Below, piece after piece: positions 18,658 to 27,293 of a stretch of 64,000 bases of DNA (positions within the stretch are counted from its first letter, which is position 1; every line of letters begins with the position of its first letter). Source of the DNA: Candidatus Babelota bacterium (lineage in GTDB: Bacteria; Babelota; Babeliae; Babelales; CAIQNR01). Location of the stretch: assembly GCA_965658655.1 (NCBI GenBank), contig CBFHTA010000001.1, positions 250,696 to 314,695 on the forward strand. The letters run 5' to 3'. The position numbers were made by a program, and so were the translations under genes. Below the pieces are notes generated by a model, which did no database searches, was not told the DNA's origin, and worked only from the letters and a program-made list of their open reading frames with translations.

Positions 18658-19929
18658 TCAGTTTTCGTCGTCACCATCAAATCTGCTTTTTAAAATCGCT
18701 CTTTCTTCTGCTGATAGGCGACCTCTAATTCCAGCATCTTGTAAAGCGATACCTAAGCAACTGTTAAAAGTTGTAGCGATACCGTCTGCAAATGTTTCAT
18801 TCATTATCTGTGTAACGCGTGCTCTTTGATGACCGGTTAGTGTTATGCCGTCTGAAGAACTTGTGTTTCCTCTATTGCCTGCAGGTGGTTCCGGAGGGAG
18901 ACCGCCTGGGAAAGCATCTGGTGCCGGAGGAACATTATCATAGTTTGGTGCCGGAGGGAGATCACCTGGTGTACCAGCGCTGTCATCTTCCCAAGGCTCT
19001 TCTTGACTATCGTCGCTATTAGAATCATATATTATGTCCATTAATCTTTCTTTTTCTTGGTACGCATAATTTCTAAGAACTTCAAGGTCTGCTGGGTTTA
19101 GGCCATAACTATCTAAATTAAGATAAGCACCTGGATTGTCCTGAAGTTCTTCTCTAATCCATTGTTCCCATCTTTGCATTCCAGTTGAATCTAATCGGTC
19201 AATAGGTTCAACTGATTCTGCGCCAGGAGCTTCTCTAACAATTGCAGCTGCTTTGTATGTGTCATGACATGCTTTTAAGTCTCTGCGTGCAAGTTTTGAA
19301 ACATCATGTCCTGAGTTTCTCAAAATTGTTGCAACATCCTCATGCGAGCCTGCCTCAACGCGTTGTCTTATTGTTCTTAGTAGAGCTTCTAGTTTTGTTT
19401 TTGAAAGAGGTTTGTTTGATATTGCAGGTTTACGTGAAGCAGATCCGTCGTGTCCACTAGCCCCAGATGGATGAAGTAGGCGAGCAGGTGGAGGAGGTAG
19501 GGTTCCAGTACCAGAGTCACCTTCAGGTGATGTTGATCTTGCAGGTGTACGTGAAGCAGATCCGTCGTGTCCACTAGCCCCAGATGGATGAAGTAGGTGA
19601 GCAGGTGGAGGAGGTAGGGTTCCAGTACCAGCGTCACCTGCAGATGATGCTGATCCTGTGGAGGAAGAAGACAATCTTTCGCATGCCTCACTTACACTTT
19701 CTCCATATACTTCCTTAAAGCCGCCCCCTACTCCAGAGTTATCGAGAGTATTGATTGGTTTTTTATATTTTTTAAGGTTCGTACACAGGCTTCTCAGGTT
19801 TCTTTCATTTCTTCCTCCTTGATATGAGGATTTAATTAATTTTTTTGCTTGACTAGATGTTAATCCATACATCGAGAAAGTTGTAGCTGAGAAAGCAAGT
19901 AGTATTAAAATTTTATATTTCATAAACAA
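18658..19929 (-). CDS. Secreted proline-rich repeat protein (LPPPP, LPPAP, VPPAP and LPPEPP motifs)
   Basis: Signal peptide (YKILILLAFSATTFSMYG). A 39-aa unit GTGTLPPPPA[HR]LLHPSGASGHDGSASR occurs twice. A C-terminal polyproline cluster reads PGDLPPAPNYDNVPPAPDAFPGGLPPEPPAG. Confidence 0.75.
   Translation of the reverse strand: MFMKYKILILLAFSATTFSMYGLTSSQAKKLIKSSYQGGRNERNLRSLCTNLKKYKKPINTLDNSGVGGGFKEVYGESVSEACERLSSSSTGSASSAGDAGTGTLPPPPAHLLHPSGASGHDGSASRTPARSTSPEGDSGTGTLPPPPARLLHPSGASGHDGSASRKPAISNKPLSKTKLEALLRTIRQRVEAGSHEDVATILRNSGHDVSKLARRDLKACHDTYKAAAIVREAPGAESVEPIDRLDSTGMQRWEQWIREELQDNPGAYLNLDSYGLNPADLEVLRNYAYQEKERLMDIIYDSNSDDSQEEPWEDDSAGTPGDLPPAPNYDNVPPAPDAFPGGLPPEPPAGNRGNTSSSDGITLTGHQRARVTQIMNETFADGIATTFNSCLGIALQDAGIRGRLSAEERAILKSRFDGDDEN
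19424..19657. repeat. 2 x 117-bp tandem repeat encoding the LPPPP unit
   Basis: gcaggt[tg]tacgtgaagcagatccgtcgtgtccactagccccagatggatgaagtagg starts at 19424 and at 19541. A handful of substitutions separate the copies. Confidence 0.9.
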
Positions 19930-19950
19930 TACTCCTGTTTATTTATATTT

Positions 19951-21471
19951 TCAAAAATTGATGAGCAATTTACCGTATACATTCCAACGAGAAATTCCTG
20001 CGTTTTGTCTCGAGGTATCAACAGAACCACCAACTTCGTAATTTTGAGAAAATTCACCTTCGTTGAAGTAAGCAGCTGAAGCATGGAGTGTACTTAGAAT
20101 AACGCTTGGATGCGCAGCAGAAACTAGATTTATGTCACTTTCTTTAATAAAGATATTAGCGTTTGCACCTAGATTTGCTAAATCAAGATTGCGCCCCATT
20201 TTACGGTTTGGCATAACTTCTCCAGGGTTTCCTGCCGGTTCAGACAAGTCTGCAATCATTGGGCCTTCTTTCCATGCGTTAACAAGTTTAACATCTTCTG
20301 CTTGGCGGAAGCGATTCATAATCCCTGCATTAATATTCCAGTTTTTCCCTACTAATGAAACTTGCGTTGCCATTCCCAAAGCAAAACCTGGATTCACCTT
20401 AACGTCTTGAGTCATAATGTTAATCCCGAAGGTTCTTCTGTATGGCACGTCAGCAGTTCCTGCAGCATTACGAGCGGTAGCATTTTCAAACATTGCCAAG
20501 TAGCGAGTCCATTGACCGTTGTATAAATCAAGGGAGCGTTTTTGTGTGTTTTCAAAAAGATAGTGGCCAGTGAGCGAATTGGTTATCCACCAATTACATG
20601 CTTTTGCTTCATGCATGCAGTATTGAAGCGTATTACCCCAGTCAATACCTGCGTGGTGTCCGTTACCAACCATAGCTTCCCACATATATTCTGCAGTTCT
20701 GCGATTACCGGTAGGAATAATAACACCTACATATTGGCTTACAAAAAGATCATCTTTGTCAATGGCATTGCGACCAATTCTTATTTTGAGATCAGCCATT
20801 CCATCTTTTTTTTGAGTTCCGTCGATACGGCCATATTTTAAACCGGGTTGTCTGAAAGCCTCAAACATATTGGTTTGTGCAAGTAACCTTCTACTTGTGC
20901 CTGTTTCGTAAAATGGATTGGCAGTAGAAGCTCTTTGGTCATCAGCATTTTGTTCAATGATTACTGTTTCTGATAGCCCGACTGATTGCTTAACGTGCAC
21001 AAAAGGAGCATCAAAGTTTACCCAATATTTTTTGCTGAGTGGGTGGCGATAAGAGATCATAAATCCAAGGGTACTTTGTTTTGGGTCCACTGTAAGCTTA
21101 GAGTGGTGAGTGTCTCCTCTTGTTCTTACATTAAAATCCCTAGCAAGAAGATCTTGGCTTAGGTCTTCTGTGTAACTATCAGGAATATCTTCTTTTACAA
21201 CAAGCTCTTTTTTGTTGTTGAACAAAAGGTATTCGCGTAGGTCTTCTCGCCCACTTTGAGTTGTTTTCCCTCCAAAGATAGAGAGAGCGAGTTCGGGCTT
21301 TTCTGCCATATGTCCTTTTTCATGCTCCTGGTTAGTAATAAGTGTATATCCTGTGGTGCTGTAGAGTTCGTAGGTGGGGAAATCAACGAATACACTTTTT
21401 CCAGAGATATTTTGTGCATGAGCACAGGAGTGGAGCAGAATAAGGGCTAAAGCATAAATGCGGTACTTCAT
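19951..21471 (-). CDS. Outer-membrane beta-barrel protein (porin-like), family unassigned
   Basis: Signal peptide MKYRIYALALILLHSCAHA. Aromatic-rich alternating segments. C-terminal beta-signal ending in Phe (WNVYGKLLINF). Confidence 0.55.
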   Translation of the reverse strand: MKYRIYALALILLHSCAHAQNISGKSVFVDFPTYELYSTTGYTLITNQEHEKGHMAEKPELALSIFGGKTTQSGREDLREYLLFNNKKELVVKEDIPDSYTEDLSQDLLARDFNVRTRGDTHHSKLTVDPKQSTLGFMISYRHPLSKKYWVNFDAPFVHVKQSVGLSETVIIEQNADDQRASTANPFYETGTSRRLLAQTNMFEAFRQPGLKYGRIDGTQKKDGMADLKIRIGRNAIDKDDLFVSQYVGVIIPTGNRRTAEYMWEAMVGNGHHAGIDWGNTLQYCMHEAKACNWWITNSLTGHYLFENTQKRSLDLYNGQWTRYLAMFENATARNAAGTADVPYRRTFGINIMTQDVKVNPGFALGMATQVSLVGKNWNINAGIMNRFRQAEDVKLVNAWKEGPMIADLSEPAGNPGEVMPNRKMGRNLDLANLGANANIFIKESDINLVSAAHPSVILSTLHASAAYFNEGEFSQNYEVGGSVDTSRQNAGISRWNVYGKLLINF

Positions 21472-21694
21472 AGGGGGTTCTCCTTTTTTATGTCCCTATT
21501 TATTATTTTGACTATATCTATTATTCCTACCATGATTTTTTATAAAAATGCAATATTTAATTCTATAGTTTATTAAAGGTATAAGGAGTGTTTAGTGACT
21601 CATGTTTCTTTGAGGTTGTTTGGTCCTCTGAGCAATCCATGGTAGACTTTTGAGATAAAAAGACCGGAAAATTTTCTTACTAGGGTGTGTTATT

Positions 21695-22951
21695 ATGATT
21701 TCACGAGTGCGCGGAACGCGGGATATTTTTAAAGCTCAAGAGTTTTTAGAAATTTTTAGAATCATCAAAAAACATCTTCATCAGTATCGTTTTCAACAAG
21801 TTATATTGCCTTCTATAGAGTCGGTTGATTTATTTAAACGTGCTTTAGGGCAAGAAACCGATGTGGTTTCTAAGGAAATGTTTGTAGTTTCTTCTTCTTC
21901 TGCCGATAAAAAAAAAGAACAGATCTGCTTGCGTCCTGAGGCAACCGCCCAAATGGTTCGAGCCTTTATTGAGAACGGTGTTCAAGATCTGCCTTGGAAA
22001 GTATTTTGTAATGGTTCTATGTTCCGGTATGAGCGTCCACAAAAAGGTCGGTTTCGTGAGTTTTATCAATGTAGCATGGAGATTATAGGTTCGGCTTCTG
22101 TTTCTGAAGACGTGCATTTAATTGCAATGCTGGATGCACTTTTTGCACAAAAATTTAATTTTAGTGAGTATGCTTTGCATATTAATTTTCTAGGGTCTCC
22201 AGAAGATAGAAAAAACTTTAAAACAAAATTATACGATTTTCTAAGTGAACATGATTCTGGTATTTGTGCTACTTGCAAAAGACGTAAAGAAGCTAATATT
22301 TTACGTGTCTTTGATTGTAAAAATGATGATTGTCAAAATGTTTACAACAACGCTCCCATGTTAACAGATCATCTTTCTGAAGAATCTGCTAAAGAGTGGC
22401 AGCACGTGCAAGATAGGCTAGAAGAGCTTTCCGTTTCTTTTGTGCATAATACTAAGTTGGTTCGTGGACTGGATTATTATAATAAGACAATTTTTGAATT
22501 TGTAAGTCCACTACTTGGTGCACAAAGTGCTTTTTGTGGTGGTGGTCGTTACGACTCTCTAGTTTCATTGCTTGGCGGCAAGCAAGACCAACCTGCGATT
22601 GGTGCAGCTATTGGAGTAGACCGGTTACAATTATTGTTAGAAGCAACGGAATCTGCGTTGCTTGAGCAACAACTTACACCCCTTTATGTTGTAGTACCGC
22701 TAGAAAAAGAACAGCATCCAGTTGCATTAAAACTTGCTCAATCTCTTTTGAATCAAGATTTTTGTGTAGATGTATTGTTTGAGGGGAAAGTAAAAAGCAT
22801 GATGCGCAAGGCAAACAAAATGGGTGCCGAGGCAGTGTTGCTTGTTGGTGGTGATGAACAAAGTAATGGCACTGTTACCTTTAAAGATATGCAGTCTGGC
22901 GAATCTCAAACAGTTAAGCAGATTGACGTTGCAGGATTGTTAAAGAGGTAG
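21695..22951 (+). CDS. hisS: Histidyl-tRNA synthetase
   Basis: RGTRD, class II motif 2 MFRYERPQKGRFREFYQ, motif 3 region GGGRYDSL / AIGAAIGVDRL. C-terminal anticodon-binding domain. Confidence 0.92.
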   Translation: MISRVRGTRDIFKAQEFLEIFRIIKKHLHQYRFQQVILPSIESVDLFKRALGQETDVVSKEMFVVSSSSADKKKEQICLRPEATAQMVRAFIENGVQDLPWKVFCNGSMFRYERPQKGRFREFYQCSMEIIGSASVSEDVHLIAMLDALFAQKFNFSEYALHINFLGSPEDRKNFKTKLYDFLSEHDSGICATCKRRKEANILRVFDCKNDDCQNVYNNAPMLTDHLSEESAKEWQHVQDRLEELSVSFVHNTKLVRGLDYYNKTIFEFVSPLLGAQSAFCGGGRYDSLVSLLGGKQDQPAIGAAIGVDRLQLLLEATESALLEQQLTPLYVVVPLEKEQHPVALKLAQSLLNQDFCVDVLFEGKVKSMMRKANKMGAEAVLLVGGDEQSNGTVTFKDMQSGESQTVKQIDVAGLLKR

Positions 22952-22957
22952 GTTTTT

Positions 22958-23731
22958 TTATACCTGTGAACTTTTTTCTATTATTGTTCCATCTGGAGTG
23001 GTTGGAAGTACTTTGTCTTTATAAGAATAGTATGGCATACCATTGTGTTCGGACCTTTCATATTCTTCTTTAGTATAAGGTTTTAAAAAGCCTTTTGGTA
23101 TTCGGAATTCTTGTTCGCGGGCGTTAGGATGTTCTCTTGTTGTTTTAAGTTCTTTTTTTTCTCTTTGGAAGTGTTCAACATATAAGCATTTTTTTGGTAT
23201 TGCTCCAGCACTAAGCAGATGTGTAACTACTTCATCATTGTTTTGTTTATCGAAAACCATACCGAGTGGGGTGAGTATTACACCATCCTTATTTATGCTT
23301 CCGTGGTTAAGCTCAGCATTGGCTGCAATCATGACTTTAACGGTTGATGCCATTAGATTCTGACTTGCTAGTCCAAGTGGAGTGGTTTTATTTTCGTAGG
23401 TTTCTCCAGTAAAATACTGACTTTTTCTTTTTGGTCCTGTTATTCCTTTATTAGGGTCAGCATTGGCTACAATAAGCTGGTTAGCATTTTTGGGATAGTT
23501 TTCTAAGCACATTTTCCCAAGTGCGGTTATGGTTGAATCTTTCTTATACACTGCACACGCGTTAGGATTAGCATTGTTACGCAGAAGTAATTCAATGTAA
23601 TGAGGATTATCACATGTTATCCCTAGTAAAGGGTTGATTTCTTCAGAGTGAACTTTTTTAACGCTATTTCCCGTAACAATTGAGTTTATAGAAAGTGATA
23701 ATGCTAAGAGTAGTGTTAATTTTTGATGCAT
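22958..23731 (-). CDS. Secreted ankyrin-like repeat protein (no U-box)
   Basis: Signal peptide MHQKLTLLLALSLSINS. Degenerate ANK units with the same variant core as the 27-32 kb cluster (TITALGKMCLENY, TTPLGLASQNLMASTVKVMIAANAELN, ILTPLGMVFDKQNNDEVVTHLLSAGA). Confidence 0.55.
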   Translation of the reverse strand: MHQKLTLLLALSLSINSIVTGNSVKKVHSEEINPLLGITCDNPHYIELLLRNNANPNACAVYKKDSTITALGKMCLENYPKNANQLIVANADPNKGITGPKRKSQYFTGETYENKTTPLGLASQNLMASTVKVMIAANAELNHGSINKDGVILTPLGMVFDKQNNDEVVTHLLSAGAIPKKCLYVEHFQREKKELKTTREHPNAREQEFRIPKGFLKPYTKEEYERSEHNGMPYYSYKDKVLPTTPDGTIIEKSSQV

Positions 23732-23739
23732 ATAAATCC

Positions 23740-24096
23740 TTATTCGTAAAATGCGTTGGGAATATAGGTAATATTCGCTGATTGCTTTTCTACAAGTGCA
23801 ACATCAAAGCGGTATACTTTGGCTATAAAGTTATGTTGTGTTAAGAAAGTTTTTGCTGCTAGAATAATTTTTTTTTGTTTTGACCGTGTAATAACTTCTG
23901 AAGTGTTAAAATAAACATGCGAACGAGTTTTGACTTCTACAAAGACAACGAGCTCATTTTTGCAGGCAATAATATCTACTTCGCCACTGCGTACGGTAAA
24001 ATTACGTTTAAGAATTGAGAATCCATTTTCTTCTAGATGGTGTGCAATGCGTGTTTCTCCGGCAGCTCCAATTGCAGCTTTAGAAGAGTGAGACAT
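23740..24096 (-). CDS. yraN: YraN-family (UPF0102) endonuclease-like protein
   Basis: GAAGETRIAHHLEENGFSILKRNFTVRSGEVDIIACKNELVVFVEVKTRS matches the YraN core (GE.DlI...lvFVEVK.R). Start taken at the internal ATG (MSHSSKA). The ORF track extends to 24165. Confidence 0.75.
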   Translation of the reverse strand: MSHSSKAAIGAAGETRIAHHLEENGFSILKRNFTVRSGEVDIIACKNELVVFVEVKTRSHVYFNTSEVITRSKQKKIILAAKTFLTQHNFIAKVYRFDVALVEKQSANITYIPNAFYE

Positions 24097-25012
24097 AGTC
24101 AAATGCTTTTTTAATAGGAGACTTGTGAGCAAGTTTTTGTGTGTAATTTGGGTAAAGACTAGCAAGTTTTTTATGTACCTTTTCGGCGTTCACAGTATCA
24201 TTTTTTGCTAATGCTACACGGTATTCCATATGAAGATTTTTTGGTTGTGTATCTGGTAAAAGAGTTTGGTAAGAGGTCTTTAAGTTGGCCAATCGAGTTT
24301 CAGCGGCTTTAGGGCTACCCTTTTTCATGTAGTATTCAAAAACAGTAACTTCGTGATCGTACAATGCATAATAACAACGCTCTTTAATTGCCTTTACATC
24401 ATTATTGAATTGTTTGTATGTATCACTTTTTTCTAAGAATGCATCTGCTAATTTAATGGTGTTGAGTGTTGGGGTTTGGTCTCTATCGGCAGAAAGCATA
24501 GTATAAAAATGGCTTAAGAGGCCTTTGTATTGAGCATACTCAGCTTTCTTGTCTCCAGGATATAATTTCAAAAACTCTTCATATTCGCGTGCTGCAAGTT
24601 TTAATGCATTACGATCAAAGTTAATATCGGCAATTTCAAGTTTAATATTTTTAATAGCAACAGTGCTTTTGAGTAAAGACATTAAGCGAGTTAAAAATTT
24701 AACAGCTTCATCTTGCCATCCCAACTTAAGGGCTAAATTGGCAATGGTTCTCAGTTCTTTTTCGTTCATTAACTTAAGAGGTTTTTTGTCTATGGCTCTA
24801 TATTTTTTAAGGACAATCTTTTTTTCAGGTCCCTTAAGGTGCTGGTTTTTGATAGAGAATACCAAAGGGCTTCGTTCTTTTTCTGGGGCTTTAACTTGAT
24901 AATACCTGACAGGAGCCTTTTTGGGCTTCATATATTTCATAGGGTTAGCAATAAGTTGGTGCGAACCACATAAAAGCACAAGCCATAAGAGATTTTTTTT
25001 AGAAGTAGACAT
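24080..25012 (-). CDS. TPR-like envelope protein, tentatively BamD/YfiO-like
   Basis: Start at MSTSKKNLLWLVLLCGSHQL, preceded by gagga. Helical-repeat sequence with a BamD-like segment (AAREYEEFLKLYPGDKKAEYAQYKGLLSHF). Confidence 0.4.
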   Translation of the reverse strand: MSTSKKNLLWLVLLCGSHQLIANPMKYMKPKKAPVRYYQVKAPEKERSPLVFSIKNQHLKGPEKKIVLKKYRAIDKKPLKLMNEKELRTIANLALKLGWQDEAVKFLTRLMSLLKSTVAIKNIKLEIADINFDRNALKLAAREYEEFLKLYPGDKKAEYAQYKGLLSHFYTMLSADRDQTPTLNTIKLADAFLEKSDTYKQFNNDVKAIKERCYYALYDHEVTVFEYYMKKGSPKAAETRLANLKTSYQTLLPDTQPKNLHMEYRVALAKNDTVNAEKVHKKLASLYPNYTQKLAHKSPIKKAFDYVSLF

Positions 25013-25446
25013 TCCTGTCCTCAAAAGCGTTACGGTATAATATTGTACAAAACCAGTATGCGGGTAAGAATACCACATCATTTTTGAGCTCGCAACTTGG
25101 CAAAGATTTATTAAAATACTATTTTCTGTCTTTAAAGGTCCTGGCTAGAGCTTAATCATCATTGATTTGAGCAGCTGGTTTAGGTGATTGTTTTGATTCA
25201 ACAGGAAGAATCTCTCCAATATAGAGTTATCTTTATTTCTAAATTACCTTTTTTTGAAGTTTCTAGCATTTTAAAAATTATCTTGAAAGTGGTCAATAAA
25301 ACTGTACAGAGCGTACCACGTCATTCAATAGCTTGTAATAAGAGTAAGAGCTATCAAAATTAGCTTGAGTCTGGTATTTTCGATAAAGAAGTGACACATT
25401 CATCGGTAAGCATAAGCTTATGGTATTGGGTAAGACGGAGAAAAGT

Positions 25447-27156
25447 ATGGTAAATAAAACATTAGGTCAGCTGTTAGTTGAGAGCGGAGCAATTACGGAG
25501 GAACAAGCAAGAAAGTTCCAAGAAGAGGCTCAAAAAGCACACATTCCTTTTGCGCGTTATCTGTATGACAAACACTTGGTAGCAGAAGAATCTATTGCTC
25601 AAGCCTATGCAACTATGACTGGTCTTACCTTTCTTAACGATATAACAGACGAAATGGCAGATCCGCTTTTATTAGCAAAGGTACCTCTTAAGTTTTTGCG
25701 CGAGAACAGAGTGATTCCTATTAAAGATAAAGGCACTTCTCTAGTTACCGCTAACCCTACAGACTTTTCTCCTGTTGATGAACTTCAATTACTTTTTGGT
25801 AATGATGTAAAGATTGTAATCTCTACTCCCAAATCTATTCTTGATGCCCTTAATCATTATTATCCGCTTGAGGGTACCGACGAAATGATGGAAGATCTGG
25901 AGAAAGACGGTGATGCAGCAGATCTCTCTTTTGCAGACATTGACGAGAAAGACATTTTAAGTAGTGCCAACGATGCGCCTATTATTAAATTAGTTAACTA
26001 TATTCTTTTTCAAGCAGATAAAATGAATGCATCTGATGTGCACGTTGAACCTGGAGAGAAAGAAATTAGAATACGTTTTAGAGTTGACGGCCGCATGCAC
26101 CAATTCATGACAGTTCCTAAAAGAATGGAGGGCGCTGTTGCTTCTCGTATTAAAATTATGTCGAATTTAAACATTGCAGAAAAACGTAAACCTCAAGATG
26201 GGCGTATTGAAATTCGTATTGGTGACAAACGTATTGATCTTCGTGTTTCTTTTTTACCAGCGGTATATGGAGAAAGCGTTGTTATGCGTCTACTTGATAA
26301 AGACAAAGGGTTTTCTGAGTTAGACAATCTTGGTTTAAGTAAGCGAGACTACGAAGTAGTTACCCAAAGCATTGCTCGACCTAACGGAATATTCTTGGTG
26401 TCTGGGCCAACCGGTTCTGGTAAAACTACCACGCTGTATTCTATCTTGAGTCGCATTAATGTTCCTACGGTTAATGTTATTACGGTAGAAAACCCGGTTG
26501 AGTATCAGTTGCCTGGTATTACACAAGTACAAGTAGACCCTAAAGTAGACTTAACCTTTGCCAGCGCGCTTCGTGCAATTTTACGTCAAGATCCAGACAT
26601 TGTAATGATTGGTGAAACACGAGACCAAGAGACAGCACAGATTGCTATTCAAGCAGCATTAACTGGTCATTTAGTGTTAACAACCATTCATACTAACGAT
26701 GCTCCTTCTATTATCACTCGTTTAATAGACATGGGCATTGAACCGTTTTTAATTGCCTCTTCTATTGTTGCTGGTATGGCGCAACGTTTGGTTCGTAAAC
26801 TCGACCCTGCATGTAAAGAAGCATACAAACCATCAGAAGAAGTACTTAAAAGTTTAGGCATGGATCCGGCAAAGAACAAAAACGTTACCTTCTACCGACC
26901 AAAAGGGTGCAAGGAATGTAATATGATGGGGTATAAAGGTCGGCTTCCAATCTTTGAAGTTATGGACCTGACAGACTCTATCGCAGATCTTACTATGGCC
27001 CGAGCAGCTACACTTAAAATTAGGCAGCAGGCACAAAGAGATGGTATGACCACATTGCTTGATGATGGTATTAAGAAAATAAAAGAAGGCTTGACGAGTG
27101 TAGAAGAGGTTGTTTCTGTAGCAACTGTTTTTGATAATCCCGCAGATTCTGAATAA
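25447..27156 (+). CDS. Type II secretion / type IV pilus assembly ATPase (GspE/PilB family)
   Basis: N-terminal T2SSE_N-like domain (LGQLLVESGAITEEQ...). Walker A SGPTGSGKTTTLYS, Asp box and Walker B (DPDIVMIGETRD), His box LTGHLVLTTIHTN, and a Cys cluster (CKEAY...GCKECNMMGYKGR). Start at 25447 (GGAG 6 nt upstream). An alternative ATG lies at 25420. Confidence 0.9.
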   Translation: MVNKTLGQLLVESGAITEEQARKFQEEAQKAHIPFARYLYDKHLVAEESIAQAYATMTGLTFLNDITDEMADPLLLAKVPLKFLRENRVIPIKDKGTSLVTANPTDFSPVDELQLLFGNDVKIVISTPKSILDALNHYYPLEGTDEMMEDLEKDGDAADLSFADIDEKDILSSANDAPIIKLVNYILFQADKMNASDVHVEPGEKEIRIRFRVDGRMHQFMTVPKRMEGAVASRIKIMSNLNIAEKRKPQDGRIEIRIGDKRIDLRVSFLPAVYGESVVMRLLDKDKGFSELDNLGLSKRDYEVVTQSIARPNGIFLVSGPTGSGKTTTLYSILSRINVPTVNVITVENPVEYQLPGITQVQVDPKVDLTFASALRAILRQDPDIVMIGETRDQETAQIAIQAALTGHLVLTTIHTNDAPSIITRLIDMGIEPFLIASSIVAGMAQRLVRKLDPACKEAYKPSEEVLKSLGMDPAKNKNVTFYRPKGCKECNMMGYKGRLPIFEVMDLTDSIADLTMARAATLKIRQQAQRDGMTTLLDDGIKKIKEGLTSVEEVVSVATVFDNPADSE

Positions 27157-27251
27157 ATTTATTGGTTAAAGATTAATAATCTATTACGAAAAAAGTTTGA
27201 ATGATATAGTTCTATTTTTTGCTTAGGTATTTTTTATTATTCTATGTATTT

Positions 27252-27286
27252 AAAGCCCCATGAAAGATCGTAATTCATGGGGCTTT
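27252..27286. terminator. 13-bp perfect hairpin between convergent genes
   Basis: aaagccccatgaa / ttcatggggcttt with a 9-nt loop, 8 nt beyond the stop of 27294..28442. There is no long U tract beyond the stem, so terminator function is presumed rather than canonical. Confidence 0.55.
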
Positions 27287-27293
27287 AATGGTA

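Noticed and set aside
19389-19691. 100-aa alternative-frame ORF (and plus-strand ORFs 18819..19022, 19242..19460) within the proline-rich gene
   Set aside because: They overlap the tandem-repeat region of a longer ORF that has a signal peptide and consistent repeat translation. These are frame-shifted echoes of the same repeat.
24549-24899. 116-aa plus-strand ORF
   Set aside because: It lies entirely antisense within the BamD-like TPR gene. The composition is typical of antisense translation (S/L/F/R-rich).
25082-25419. 338-bp intergenic region upstream of the GspE/PilB gene (and 40061..40318, 21472..21694), scanned for ncRNA genes or riboswitches
   Set aside because: I could not recognise any conserved ncRNA motif (SRP, 6S, RNase P, tmRNA, common riboswitch cores) by eye. 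They are AT-rich and consistent with promoter regions. A covariance-model scan (Infernal/Rfam) would be needed to be sure.
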